Positions 7,344 to 17,232 of a stretch of DNA of 26,748 nucleotides are shown here, one piece after another; positions within the stretch are counted from its first letter, which is position 1; the number at the start of each line of letters is the position of its first letter. This stretch comes from an uncultured Spirochaetota bacterium. GTDB taxonomy: Bacteria; Spirochaetota; Spirochaetia; SZUA-6; Fen-1364. Both the position numbers and the translations under genes were made by a program. The DNA is taken from contig CAWJSK010000007.1 of the NCBI GenBank assembly GCA_963845535.1, positions 1 to 26,748 on the forward strand, written 5' to 3'. The notes under the pieces were generated by a model. That model had not been told where the DNA came from and did no database searches. It worked only from the letters and a program-made list of their open reading frames with translations.

Positions 7344-8758
7344 CGGCGGTTGCCTCCGCAAACGTCAAAGTCACCTCGAGGCCTCCCGCGGCAGCCGCAG
7401 CCGCGCGGACCGAACCTCCCTGGCTGTCCATGATCTTGCGGACAATGGCAAGACCCAGCCCTGCCCCGGTCTTCCCCGGCTGGCGGGACCGGGAGCGGTC
7501 CGCCCGGAAGAACGGCTCGAAGAGCCTCGGCAAATCATCCGGGGAAACGCCCATGCCGTCGTCACTCACTGCTACGTTCACCTGGCGTGCGGCCGTGTCC
7601 GGCCGCACCTCCCATCGGATGTTGATGGCCCCGCGGCCCCCGTGGGTGACCGCGTTGTCCACGAGGTTGGTCATGACGCGCCGCGTCAGCTCGGGGTCCG
7701 CTCGAACACGGAGCCCAGATGGGCGGAGAGACGGAGCTGCCGCCATGACCAGGAACCTCCAGGCTGATGGAGGCGCTCGAAAACATGCCGACCAGGGAGT
7801 CCCGCAGGTGACTGAGGTAGGGCACGAGGTCCACATCGACCAGCTTCGGCCGCGCTCCCTCCAGGTCCAGGGTCGAGTAGGAAAACAGCAGCTCGATCAA
7901 CCGTTCCAGCTCCCCCGCCCGCTCCAGGATGGTGTCCAGATAGCGCGCGCGCATCTCTGCCGTGGACGCCACGCCGTCCCGAAGCCCTTCCGCGTACCCG
8001 CGGACGAGGTTGATGGGCGTTCGAAGATCATGGGAAACATGCGCGATGAGCTCTTTCCGGGATGATTCCTCCGCGAGCTGCCGCGTCACCGCGGCCTGCA
8101 GTTTCTGCCGCATCGTCTCGAATGCCGCGGTGACCTGGCCGAACTCGCCGGGGCCGCCGGGGGCCAGCTGGAACCGCAGGTCACCGTCACCGATTCGCGT
8201 GGCGGCATCCCGGAGCCTGGCAAGAGGAGAGACCACGCTGGAGGAGACCCACCATCCCAGAAGGCCGTTGCACGCAATGAGAACCGCAAGGAACCCGGCA
8301 AACCAGAGGGGTCCCTGGCGCTGCGGGCCCCACGTCATTCGAGGGTAGAACAGGAGCGTTCCCGCGCTCCCGTCGGGAAACCGGAAATCCCACTTCAGGT
8401 CCGGTAAGGACGGGGAGAACGCCAGCGGGCGTCCGGGGCGGGATGGGTGCCAGTCCTCACTGGTCCGGGTCCCCGCGGATCGGTAGAGCGCCTGCCCGTT
8501 ACGAAGCACGGCCCAGCCGCCCGCCCCTCCCGTGCCGAGCTCACGGTCCAGGGCCGCAAGCGTCTGCGGATCAGCGAGTGAGCCCGGCTCTTCGTTGACT
8601 CTGCGGTTGAGCTCCGCCAGCAGGCGCAGTCGAAAAGGGTCCGCCCCCGTCACTCCCGCGTTGAGCCGGCGCGCAACCCCAAAGGCTCCCGCCATGAGGA
8701 ACAGGGGGACGATCAGCATGAGCAGAAGGGCAACACGAACCCGCCGCCGTATCGTCAT
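7336..8758 (-). CDS. HAMP-HisKA-HATPase sensor histidine kinase, with an apparent +1 frameshift near 7720-7740
   Basis: Two TM segments, HAMP and H-box VSHDLRTP in the 7562-8758 frame. N box NLVDNA, VSDDGMG, FEPFFR and GAGLGLAI in the 7336-7836 frame. Confidence 0.9.
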
Positions 8759-8765
8759 TCAGGGC

Positions 8766-8794
8766 ATTCTCCGCGAAAAGTGAACGGCTGTCAA
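8766..8794 (-). promoter_or_regulatory. Putative leaderless promoter of the sensor kinase
   Basis: TTGACA(8794-8789)-N17-GAGAAT(8771-8766)-N7-ATG(8758). Confidence 0.55.
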
Positions 8795-8837
8795 AGCGCG
8801 TGGCTTCGACAGCCGTTGAACACATCCGTCCCGGACC

Positions 8838-9032
8838 CTACGTGTCCAGGACGTCACGAATCTGGCGAAACTGCGCTTCGGTGATTTCGCCGGCCGCGAA
8901 GCGCCGGCTGGCGGTCTCCAGAGCGCCGTCGGAGCGGCCTCTCACGGCCGCGGCAATCCGAATAACGAGCAGCACGATGAATGCCGCTCCCATCAGTCTC
9001 AGCGCGATAAAACCCGCAATAAACAACGTCAT
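8838..9032 (-). CDS. Small SHOCT-domain membrane protein (64 aa)
   Basis: Hydrophobic N-terminus followed by ALETASRRFAAGEITEAQF. RBS GAGGA. Confidence 0.8.
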   Translation of the reverse strand: MTLFIAGFIALRLMGAAFIVLLVIRIAAAVRGRSDGALETASRRFAAGEITEAQFRQIRDVLDT

Positions 9033-9039
9033 GTCGTCC

Positions 9040-9459
9040 TCACTTCCTCAGGGTGCTCAATCGGCTCTTGTACTCTTCCTCGGTGATCCGTCCCTCGGCG
9101 AACGCGCGCCGAAGGATTTCCTCCGCATCCAACCGTTCGTCCGGGCCGTAGGGGCGGTAATGCCGCCAGCGCCGGGCCGCCAGGCTGATCACGAGGACCA
9201 CGAGCAGCAGGATGAAGAGCCCTCCGCCGAAAAACCGTGGGCCATGGAAGAAACCCCACCCATGCGGGTAGCCGTACCAGGGACCATAGCCGGGCTGCGC
9301 CCCGGGCGGCAGTCCTTGCCCCTGGCTCCAGAAATGGGCAAACGGAGCACCAGCCTGTGACCAGGGGAATGTGGCAACCAGCACGCCCCCAAGCACAACC
9401 ATCGCAATGCCCAGCGCCACGAGCGCCCAGGTCAAAGCGCGCTTTCTCGATATACGCAT
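9040..9459 (-). CDS. SHOCT-domain membrane protein with a Gly/Pro/aromatic-rich loop (139 aa)
   Basis: Two TM segments, a PGYGPWYGYPHGWGFFHGPRFFGGG loop and C-terminal AEEILRRAFAEGRITEEEY. RBS AGGAGG. Confidence 0.85.
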   Translation of the reverse strand: MRISRKRALTWALVALGIAMVVLGGVLVATFPWSQAGAPFAHFWSQGQGLPPGAQPGYGPWYGYPHGWGFFHGPRFFGGGLFILLLVVLVISLAARRWRHYRPYGPDERLDAEEILRRAFAEGRITEEEYKSRLSTLRK

Positions 9460-9592
9460 AACGACCTCCTGTCGTGTTTTGAAGATACGACGGGCGGTTT
9501 ACGGGTCTATGGAGGAATCCTTGCGGAAAGATTAATTCGTGCCGGGGTTGGAGCGGCGGCGATTATTCAACACACCCTGCCCCTTGATGTCC

Positions 9593-10456
9593 CTACCCCT
9601 TGACGGCTCCTTCGGTCAGGCCGCGGATCAGGAAGCGTTGGAAGATGAGGGCCAGAAGCACGGGAGGAGCGCTCGCCACGACACCGGCCGCGGCCATTCT
9701 CAGGTAGTCGGTTCCCACCTTTGTCGTAAACTCCCCGATCAGCACGGGCAGCGTTCGGGCTCGCATGGACGTGTAGAGGAAGGCGTAGAGGTACTCGTTC
9801 CAGGATGCGATAAAGCAGAAGACGCCCGCGCTCACGAGCCCCGGCACCGAGAGCGGCAGAATGATCCGCAGGAGCGCCCCAAGGCGGGAAGAGCCGTCGA
9901 TCCGCGCGGCCTCCTCGAGCTCCAGGGGGATGCTCAGGAAGAAACCCCGCATGATCCAGACGACCAGCGGCAGGATGAAAGTGATGTTCACCAGCGCCAG
10001 CCCGACCCTCGAGTCCAGAAGGCCCAGGCTCTTGAGAATCATATAGCCGGGGATCACAATGGCGATTGGCGGCATCATGTAGCTGCCCATGAGCAGGATG
10101 AGGTAGAACCTCCTGCCGGGGAAAGTGACGCGCGCTACGGCATACGCAGTGAACACTCCGAAGACCATGCAGATCCCCATGGAGGAGAATGTCACGACGA
10201 TGGAGTTCAGCATGGACCGAGAGAAAAAGCTCATGCCCTGGCTCAGCGCGCTCTCCCCCCCCGCGAAGAGGCTTTGGTAGTTCTCCAAGGTCGGCCGAGG
10301 GGGAAACCATTTCAACGGCACGCTGAGCAGGTCGATTTTCGTGGATATCGACGAGATGATGAGCCACGCATAGGGCGCCAGGACCCATACGGCGATGAGC
10401 AGAACCACCACGTAGAGAAGGACGCGAAAAGTGAAACGCCGGAAAACGAGCTTCAT
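9593..10456 (-). CDS. Carbohydrate ABC transporter permease (MalG-like)
   Basis: Start MKLVFRR at 10456. EAA loop IPLELEEAARIDG, SWNEYLYA, C-terminal FQRFLIRGLTEGAVKG. Confidence 0.93.
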   Translation of the reverse strand: MKLVFRRFTFRVLLYVVVLLIAVWVLAPYAWLIISSISTKIDLLSVPLKWFPPRPTLENYQSLFAGGESALSQGMSFFSRSMLNSIVVTFSSMGICMVFGVFTAYAVARVTFPGRRFYLILLMGSYMMPPIAIVIPGYMILKSLGLLDSRVGLALVNITFILPLVVWIMRGFFLSIPLELEEAARIDGSSRLGALLRIILPLSVPGLVSAGVFCFIASWNEYLYAFLYTSMRARTLPVLIGEFTTKVGTDYLRMAAAGVVASAPPVLLALIFQRFLIRGLTEGAVKG

Positions 10457-10467
10457 CGCTCTTCCCT

Positions 10468-11375
10468 TCATTCGACGGTGGCCCTGTATGCGGACCGGAT
10501 GTAGAAGATGGCAGGGATCAGAAGGACAACGGCTGCCAGATATGCCATGGCAGCGCCATAGCCGAAGCGCAGGGCCTTGAACGTTTGCCAATAGATCCTC
10601 ATGGGGATGATGTCCGTTGAGTTGAACGGCCCGCCGCGCGTGATGACGTATACCAGCTCGAAGGTGTGCAGCAGGCTCCATATCACCTGCAAGAGCGCGC
10701 AAATCATGACGATCTGGGCGATCATGGGGAGGATGACATGAAAGAACCTGCGCACGGCTCCGGCCCCGTCCACCACGGCCGCTTCGCGAAGATGGGGGGA
10801 ATTCCCTGCAAAGCGGCAAGGACCAGGATGATGGTAAAAGGGGTTTCCTTCCAGACATTGGCGAGGATGATCATCGACATCGACCACACGGGTTCGGCGA
10901 TCCACGGTTTGTAGGCGTGCAGGATCCCAAGCTGCGAGAGCAGGGCGTTCAGGGCGCCATAATTCGCGTTGAGGATCCAGCTCCACATGGAGGCATTCAC
11001 GATCGAAGGAAGCGCCCATGGAATTATGATGAGGGCGCGGAGAATGGCTCGACCCTTGAAATCCTGGTTCATGACGAGGGCGATCGCTACCCCCAGCACG
11101 ATCTCCAGGGTCACCGAGGCAAAGCTGAACACGAGCGTCACGATCACGGAATTGAGAAAGTATTTGTCCTGTGTCAGCCGGAAATAGTTCTTCAGTCCTA
11201 TGAAGCCATTGCCCTGCGGCCGGGCAAGGTCATAGTTCATAAGGCTCAAGACGAGGGAATAGAGAAAGGGGAAGAGCAGGAAGCCGAAGACGATGATGAG
11301 AGACGGCAGCACCAAAGTGATTCCGAGCCGCCGCGGCTCATCCATGGTGAATGGATTGAAGAGACGAAACGCCAT
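10468..11375 (-). CDS. Carbohydrate ABC transporter permease (MalF-like), with an apparent 1-bp deletion in the G6 run at 10794-10799
   Basis: FIGLKNY, IIIPWALP and NVWKETPF..LAALQGIP in one frame; HLREAAVVDGAG..FFHVILP and TRGGP in the other. Adding one G restores GIPPHLREAA. Confidence 0.9.
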
Positions 11376-11434
11376 ACCTGCTCCTCGAACGGACAAGACC
11401 TGCCCGCCCTTTTCCCCTTTCGATACTGATCAGG

Positions 11435-12682
11435 CTAAGGCTTGCCAGCGTAATCCTTCAGAAGGTCCGCCATTTCGTTCAAGCTCTCCTGCGGAGTCTT
11501 CTTGCTCGAAAGCATCTTTTGGGTCTCGGTAATGCAGACGTTAACAAAGCTGTTGTACCAGGTCAGCACCGAGAGGCCCTTGGCGGTTGTCATCTGCTTG
11601 GAGAAGTCGGCCCAGTAGGGGTAGAGCTTCACGAGATCACGGTCCGTGTACAGGCCTGTCCAGATGGGGAGTACGCCGATCTGCTGTGCCAGCTTCTTGT
11701 TCGTCTCTTTGCTGGTCATGAACTGGATGAACTTCCACGCGGTGGCCTTGTTCTTCGAGCCTTTGGGGATGGCGTACGCCTCAGGAAGGGTGAGCGCCGC
11801 TGACAGGCCGACCTTGCCGCCCGGCACGAGACCCACTTTGACCTGGCCGACGACTTTGGAGCGGGCCGGATCCTGCGCATATCCCATGATTCCCGGTATG
11901 CCCTGGTTGAGGAACGCAACATCGCCCTTGAGGAAGATGTTGTTGACCGCCTCCTGGTCATAGGTGAGGGAAGCGGGATCCATGATCCCTTCTTTCAGCA
12001 TCTTCACCATCTCCTGGCAGGCAGCAAGGGTATTCGGATCGGTATTGAAGAGGAAGTTGCCCTGCTTGTCGACGATCTTGCCGCCGTACGTATACGCATA
12101 GAAATGGAAGTCGTTTGCGAGTGCCCACTCGGCCTTCCAGTATCCCGCCATGCCGTACTTCGCAATGCCTTTGTTCATGAGGGTCTTGCTCTGGGAAATG
12201 AGCTCGTCCCACGTACGAGGCGGATCCTTGATGCCGGCCTTCTTCAGCATTCCGGCATTATAGAAGAAGAATCGAGTGTCGTTGTTCCAGACGATCCCGT
12301 ACAGCTTCCCGTCAGCGCCCGTGAACAGGTCCACGAGGCCCGGGATCATACCGTTGGTGAAGCCCTTCGGCATGTAGCTGTCCAACGGCTCCACCCATCC
12401 GGCGCCGAGCCATGCGGCCACGTTGCCGTTATCGAACTCCACGACGTCGTAGGCGCTGCCCCCGCTGGCCATCTCCGCGGTGAGCTTGTCGTTGACGTCG
12501 TCCCATCCCATCTGGATGAGGTTGACCGTTACCTTGGTGCTCGTTTCGAAATCCTTCACGCGCGAAGCAAAGGCCCCGGACAGGTCAGCCTCATGTTTGG
12601 GAAAGATGACGGTGATGGACTCCTGCGCGAAAAGCGAGGCGCAGGCGAGCAGAAAGACCAGAAACAGAAAACCCTTCTTCAT
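11435..12682 (-). CDS. Sugar ABC transporter substrate-binding protein (SBP family 1)
   Basis: Signal peptide MKKGFLFLVFLLACASLFA. Motifs YDVVEFD, DGKLYGI..FFFYN..LKKAGI..PPRTWDEL, AIPKGSKNK..AWKFIQFMTS. RBS AAGGAGG. Confidence 0.93.
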   Translation of the reverse strand: MKKGFLFLVFLLACASLFAQESITVIFPKHEADLSGAFASRVKDFETSTKVTVNLIQMGWDDVNDKLTAEMASGGSAYDVVEFDNGNVAAWLGAGWVEPLDSYMPKGFTNGMIPGLVDLFTGADGKLYGIVWNNDTRFFFYNAGMLKKAGIKDPPRTWDELISQSKTLMNKGIAKYGMAGYWKAEWALANDFHFYAYTYGGKIVDKQGNFLFNTDPNTLAACQEMVKMLKEGIMDPASLTYDQEAVNNIFLKGDVAFLNQGIPGIMGYAQDPARSKVVGQVKVGLVPGGKVGLSAALTLPEAYAIPKGSKNKATAWKFIQFMTSKETNKKLAQQIGVLPIWTGLYTDRDLVKLYPYWADFSKQMTTAKGLSVLTWYNSFVNVCITETQKMLSSKKTPQESLNEMADLLKDYAGKP

Positions 12683-12737
12683 ACAATCCTCCTTGGTACG
12701 AGAATCCATCTATGAGTTGCGCGATGCGCGAGCTCCC

Positions 12738-13637
12738 TTATGAAAGAAGCTGCACCACATGCCGGTTGCTGAGCTCAGGGCTCACCCCGCCCGCGTAGGT
12801 ACAGCACAGCGCTCCTGCCGCGCAGCCGTAGCGGACCGCGTCCTCGAACGGCACGCGCTTCTCCTTGACGGCGAAGAGAAATCCGGCAGCGAAGCAGTCA
12901 CCTGCGCCTGTCGTATCCCGCACCGCGACGGCAAAGCCCGGTATGCGGCGTCCCCCGGCAAAAGCCCCGGAGGCGCCAAGAGTGATGAGGGGGCAGGCGG
13001 TGCGAGCCGCCAGATCCTTATACGCATCCTCCACGCGCTCACGCCGTGTGATGGAAAGGGCTTCCGCCTCATTCACGAAGAGGTAGCTGAGCTGGGGCAG
13101 CCAGTCGGGAAGATATTTCCATTCCTGACTGGAGTCCCACTGCGTGGTCAGCGATGTCGTCACCCCTGCCGCGCGTGCGGCCTTGAGCACCTCCGTGACG
13201 CGCGGACGGAACGATGCGAGCGGATACAAGCCTCCCAGGTGCAAATGCGGGAACCGCCGGATCCGGCGCAACAGGGTGCGGCTTTCATCGACGACGCTGA
13301 GAGTGCCAGGATACGTGATCTGGGTCCGGGTGGCGGCGTACACGAGATTCACCGTCACCCCAGTGGCGCACTGGCCCGTGAAGCGGAGGAGCTTGGTCCC
13401 CACCCCTGCCTTCCGGAGCATCTGCTTCATGAGCCTGCCGTTCTCGTCTTTGCCCAAGAGGCCGCAGAACTCTGCCTGCCCCCCCAGGGAGCAATATGCG
13501 GCCGCGCAGATCGTCGTGGACCCTCCGATCGAGGCGGTGAACTCAGTGCACATGATCTCCTTGTCTGTTTGGGGAAGGGAGGCAAGACCGGCCATCTGGA
13601 AATCGATGTTTGCATCGCCTGCAAAGAGCATCTTCAT
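12738..13637 (-). CDS. PfkB/ribokinase-family carbohydrate kinase
   Basis: GDANID, IGGSTTICAAAYCSLG, FVNEAEA and DTTGAGDCFAAGF. ATGA overlap with the upstream gene's stop. Confidence 0.92.
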   Translation of the reverse strand: MKMLFAGDANIDFQMAGLASLPQTDKEIMCTEFTASIGGSTTICAAAYCSLGGQAEFCGLLGKDENGRLMKQMLRKAGVGTKLLRFTGQCATGVTVNLVYAATRTQITYPGTLSVVDESRTLLRRIRRFPHLHLGGLYPLASFRPRVTEVLKAARAAGVTTSLTTQWDSSQEWKYLPDWLPQLSYLFVNEAEALSITRRERVEDAYKDLAARTACPLITLGASGAFAGGRRIPGFAVAVRDTTGAGDCFAAGFLFAVKEKRVPFEDAVRYGCAAGALCCTYAGGVSPELSNRHVVQLLS

Positions 13638-14959
13638 ATCCGCCCACCTTCTGCCCGGGACACCGCCGGGGTGCAAGCCTCGATGTACCGCGAAAGTTGA
13701 GCTTCGATGATGGAGAGCACCAGCTCTCTCGGCGTGCGCGCGGCGGACGGCAGATCCGGTGCGGGACGCAGATGGGGAAGGAACTGGCTGATCAACTGCA
13801 ACGGAATTTCCGCCTGGCCGAGGTTGGCGAAAAGCCTCTCCACCGCGCGGGCCACGCGCGGCTGATTCCAATAGTAGCGCACGCGATCGGAGTATCCGTA
13901 GGTCATACGCAAGGGAAGGAGGGCGTCCTCCCTGTAGTATCCTTTCCAGCTTTCCGGCTTTTCCCGCATCGTTTCCAGGACTGTCACCCGGAGGCGCGAA
14001 GCGCCGTCCCTGCTGCCGAGGAGCTCCTCCTCGATTGCGCCGAGACCGAAAAGACTTTCCCGGAGGGTGAACGTGAGCTCCGGCCCCACCTTGAGGACGG
14101 CAAAACCGTCTTCGACAAGTGCACGAAGCGCGCTCGTCGACTGGTAGTCCGTCGAATGTCCTTCGAACAACAGACCTGGGAAATCCGCGAGCGCGCTGAC
14201 AAGGCCCGTGGCCAGGTCACGACGATAGGGATGGACCGTCAAGGCATCGAACTCGATCCCCGGTTGGACCACCACGGCAACAACCCGGTTCCATGCGTCA
14301 TCAAGCGCTGCCTCATGGAAGAGCCGCTGGTGCAGCGCGACTGTTTTGCGAAAGTCGTCAGGCTGCGTAGGAGCGGGGGCAATCCCCCTCGACTCCGCTG
14401 CGACTTCCCCTCCCGGAGTGGGCACTTCGGTTCCAATAACGTACACCGGTTGCGCGTCCCCGCGGAGACGCGCTTCCTCCTCAGCGGCACGACAGAGCCT
14501 GACGGCGCGCGATGCGGCACGACAGGGATCGAGCGCCGCACCAGGATCATCGGCGAGGGCCATGCTCGCATCGAGATGGATCTTCATGGCTCCCGCGCGG
14601 ACGAAGTGGCGGACCAGGCGCTCAGCCTCGAGCATTGCAGGCTCCGCAGGCATGCCGCGCCAGGGATAGGGACCAAGGTGATCCCCTCCGACCAATACCA
14701 ACCCGGGGTCCACTGTGTTCTGCGCGCAGAGCCGATGCACAAAGTCAACGAAGGCATTGGCGGAAAGCCCTGAGTAGCCGCCGTGCTGGTTCACCTGGTT
14801 CGCTGTCGCCTCGATGAGGAGAGGTTTTTTTGTGCGTCCCGCAAGTCGCACCGCCGCTTCAATGACCAGGGCGTGGGAGCTGCAGACGGAACAGAGTCCA
14901 GCCGCACTGCCGCGGGACCGGTCCTCCCTCACTCGGGAGAAGACTTCTTTCACGGGCAC
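13634..14959 (-). CDS. kbaZ: GatZ/KbaZ(AgaZ)-family protein, likely D-tagatose-6-phosphate 4-epimerase
   Basis: SVCSSH, IEATANQVNQHGGYSG, GGDHLGP, KIHLDASM, YVIGTEVPTPGG, FEGHSTDYQ, LKVGPELTF, YSDRVRYYW. Confidence 0.92.
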   Translation of the reverse strand: MPVKEVFSRVREDRSRGSAAGLCSVCSSHALVIEAAVRLAGRTKKPLLIEATANQVNQHGGYSGLSANAFVDFVHRLCAQNTVDPGLVLVGGDHLGPYPWRGMPAEPAMLEAERLVRHFVRAGAMKIHLDASMALADDPGAALDPCRAASRAVRLCRAAEEEARLRGDAQPVYVIGTEVPTPGGEVAAESRGIAPAPTQPDDFRKTVALHQRLFHEAALDDAWNRVVAVVVQPGIEFDALTVHPYRRDLATGLVSALADFPGLLFEGHSTDYQSTSALRALVEDGFAVLKVGPELTFTLRESLFGLGAIEEELLGSRDGASRLRVTVLETMREKPESWKGYYREDALLPLRMTYGYSDRVRYYWNQPRVARAVERLFANLGQAEIPLQLISQFLPHLRPAPDLPSAARTPRELVLSIIEAQLSRYIEACTPAVSRAEGGRI

Positions 14960-16149
14960 ACCCTATAAGGATGGATGTGAACGCCTTGCACGACCCTGTT
15001 GATAACGCCGGAGGGTGAGGGGTTGTCTGGTCGAAGCCCCGCGTGCAAGGAAAAAAAGACACCCAGGAGTTGTCCCGTCAGCGCAACCAGGGGGGATAGG
15101 AACTGATCGGCCACGGAGGCAACCGGACCGTAATCGAAAAGCGCGTCCGTGAGAGCTCCAATCTTCTGGAGGTCCGGACGGTTCCTTCCACCCGTCATCG
15201 CCACCGTCTTTCTGCCCAAGCCCTTCTGCCGGATCTCAGCCAGCAGGTCCATTTCATAGAGTTGTCGACAGGGATCCTGCGACACGGCAAGGACAATCAG
15301 GCTGTTCGCATCAACGGCTGCCATGAATCCGTGTCGGAACCCGAGGGGGTCTTCGGCCCTGGCGACTACCGCTCCGCCACTCAGCTCCTGGACCTTCAGT
15401 TGCGCCTCCATCGCTCCGCCCAGGAAAGGGCGGGAGCCGAGAAAGAACACGCGGCTGTAGCCCTCACCTGCAAGATCTCGGGCCAGGTCAGAGCCGACGA
15501 CGAGGAGCGTCTCTGCCCCCTGCGCCAGCCCCTCTACCGCTTCCCGATATGCTCGTGGTGACTGGAGAAATCCCAGGGCATAGGCGGCGATCGTCAGCGA
15601 GCTGAAGGACGCTGTCATGGCAAGGCCTTTATCGTTGCTTTCCTCTGGCAGGAGCAGCTTGAGACCTCGGGAGCGGCGGGCATCAACCAGTCTGGCAAGC
15701 TCTCCGTCTCCGTTGCAGGTGATGACAAGATGGCTCACGAGACCGGGCCGCAGCTTCTCGGCGAGCTCGAACACGGCATTGCCTTCAGGGCTGTCGCCTG
15801 AGCGCGCAAGGGACACGAGAATGAACTCTTCGCGTGGGAAGGACGAATCGGGGTCCATGACAATCTCAGTGGAAGGGATTGCCTCGACGCATTGATAGAA
15901 ATGCCGAAGGAACGGCACGACACTGAGCGCAGCGAAGTAGGAGCTGCCGGCGCCAGTGAGAAGAAGACGGTGAGATTCGGTGCAGAAACCCGCCAAGGCA
16001 GGAAACCCGCCCTCCATCACGTCCAGGGTCTTCCTCCACACGGACGGCTGACTCGCAATCTCAGCAGCAGTGTTGATGTAGCCGCGAGACTCCTGTTCCG
16101 AAGTGGGCCGATCCAACAAGTCCTGGAGAGCGTTTTTTGTAGTAGCCAT
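14950..16149 (-). CDS. agaS: AgaS-like double-SIS protein (putative galactosamine-6-phosphate deaminase/isomerase)
   Basis: TAAEIASQP, LTGAGSS, SLARSGDSPE, HLVITCN, PEESNDKGLAMTASFS, LKVQEL, GFRHG, PDNPSPSGVINRVVQGV. Confidence 0.9.
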   Translation of the reverse strand: MATTKNALQDLLDRPTSEQESRGYINTAAEIASQPSVWRKTLDVMEGGFPALAGFCTESHRLLLTGAGSSYFAALSVVPFLRHFYQCVEAIPSTEIVMDPDSSFPREEFILVSLARSGDSPEGNAVFELAEKLRPGLVSHLVITCNGDGELARLVDARRSRGLKLLLPEESNDKGLAMTASFSSLTIAAYALGFLQSPRAYREAVEGLAQGAETLLVVGSDLARDLAGEGYSRVFFLGSRPFLGGAMEAQLKVQELSGGAVVARAEDPLGFRHGFMAAVDANSLIVLAVSQDPCRQLYEMDLLAEIRQKGLGRKTVAMTGGRNRPDLQKIGALTDALFDYGPVASVADQFLSPLVALTGQLLGVFFSLHAGLRPDNPSPSGVINRVVQGVHIHPYRVCP

Positions 16150-16156
16150 CTGCCTG

Positions 16157-16212
16157 ATAGTACCAGCAATCTATCAATTGTCAACATATATTTGATTGAT
16201 TTTGATTGTTTA
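16157..16212 (-). promoter_or_regulatory. agaS operon promoter (leaderless type) and adjacent TTTGATTG repeats (candidate regulator operator)
   Basis: TTGACA(16184-16179)-N16-TACTAT(16162-16157, preceded by TGG)-N7-ATG(16149). TTTGATTG at 16191 and 16201 is a 10-bp-period direct repeat. Confidence 0.65.
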
Positions 16213-16294
16213 AGCGAAAATTCCATGATTATTCGTGCATCGCTTCATATTATTCCCCTTTTCGTATACAATCTGAACCAACGGACGGGAGAAA

Positions 16295-17056
16295 ATGATC
16301 AGGGAAGAACGTTTCGAACGAATCAAGAGCGAACTGGCCCGAAGAGGGAGCGTCGATGGCGACGAGCTGGCACGGCTTCTTACAACCTCAAGGGCCACGA
16401 TTCGGAGAGATCTCGACGCCCTGCAGGAGATGGGCATGCTGCGTCGAATCCATGGCGGGGCCACCGCCATCGACACGCGGGACGAGCTTCCGTTCCAGTC
16501 CAAGCTCGCAGCCTATTTCCCCGAAAAAAGGGCGATTGCCATCCTCACCGCCTCCCTGATCAAGGATGGACAAGTGATTGGCTGCACGGGGGGCACCACG
16601 ATCACGCAGGTGATCAAAGCGCTCAAGGAGAAAAGGGTCACCGTGGTCACGAACGCCATCAACCTTGCCATGGAGCTGGCAGCCGCGGAGTCAGTCGAGG
16701 TCATCGTCACCGGCGGCACCCTGCGCACGCGCTCGTATGAGCTCGTGGGGCACATTGCCGAAAGGACAATCCAGGACTTTCACCTCGACATTGCTTTGAT
16801 CGGCGTCGACGGCTTGGACTTCACGCATGGTCTCTCGACCTTCACGGCCGCCGAGGCGCATGCAGCGGCGCTGTACATCGATCACGCCCGCGAGGTGTGG
16901 GTGGTCACGGACCACAGCAAGATCGGTAAAACGGCTCCTGCGCTCATCGCCCCGCTCTCTCGAGTGACGAGGGTGATCACCGACGCGAATGCGCCCCCTG
17001 ACCTGCTCGGAGGATTCGTGGACGCCGGCCTTACGGTGACCATCGCTGCTCTCTGA
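16295..17056 (+). CDS. DeoR/GlpR (AgaR-like) transcriptional regulator, divergent from agaS
   Basis: HTH TSRATIRRDLDALQ..G.LRRIHGGA, EKRAIA, GGTT, VVTNAINLA, DHSKIGK. Confidence 0.95.
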   Translation: MIREERFERIKSELARRGSVDGDELARLLTTSRATIRRDLDALQEMGMLRRIHGGATAIDTRDELPFQSKLAAYFPEKRAIAILTASLIKDGQVIGCTGGTTITQVIKALKEKRVTVVTNAINLAMELAAAESVEVIVTGGTLRTRSYELVGHIAERTIQDFHLDIALIGVDGLDFTHGLSTFTAAEAHAAALYIDHAREVWVVTDHSKIGKTAPALIAPLSRVTRVITDANAPPDLLGGFVDAGLTVTIAAL

Positions 17057-17232
17057 TCACCGTGCGTATACGCAGAGCAGCTCGCAGAGGAGAAATCCGA
17101 GGTACTATTCAGGGGGAAACCGGCTCCTGCGCCGGCCATAGCGTTCCGCGCAACCACGAATAACGGATTGTTACCGGCGATTTTATCGCTCTGTTAATTC
17201 TTTTTCCGGGAACTTCGCCCTATCATCGCCGC

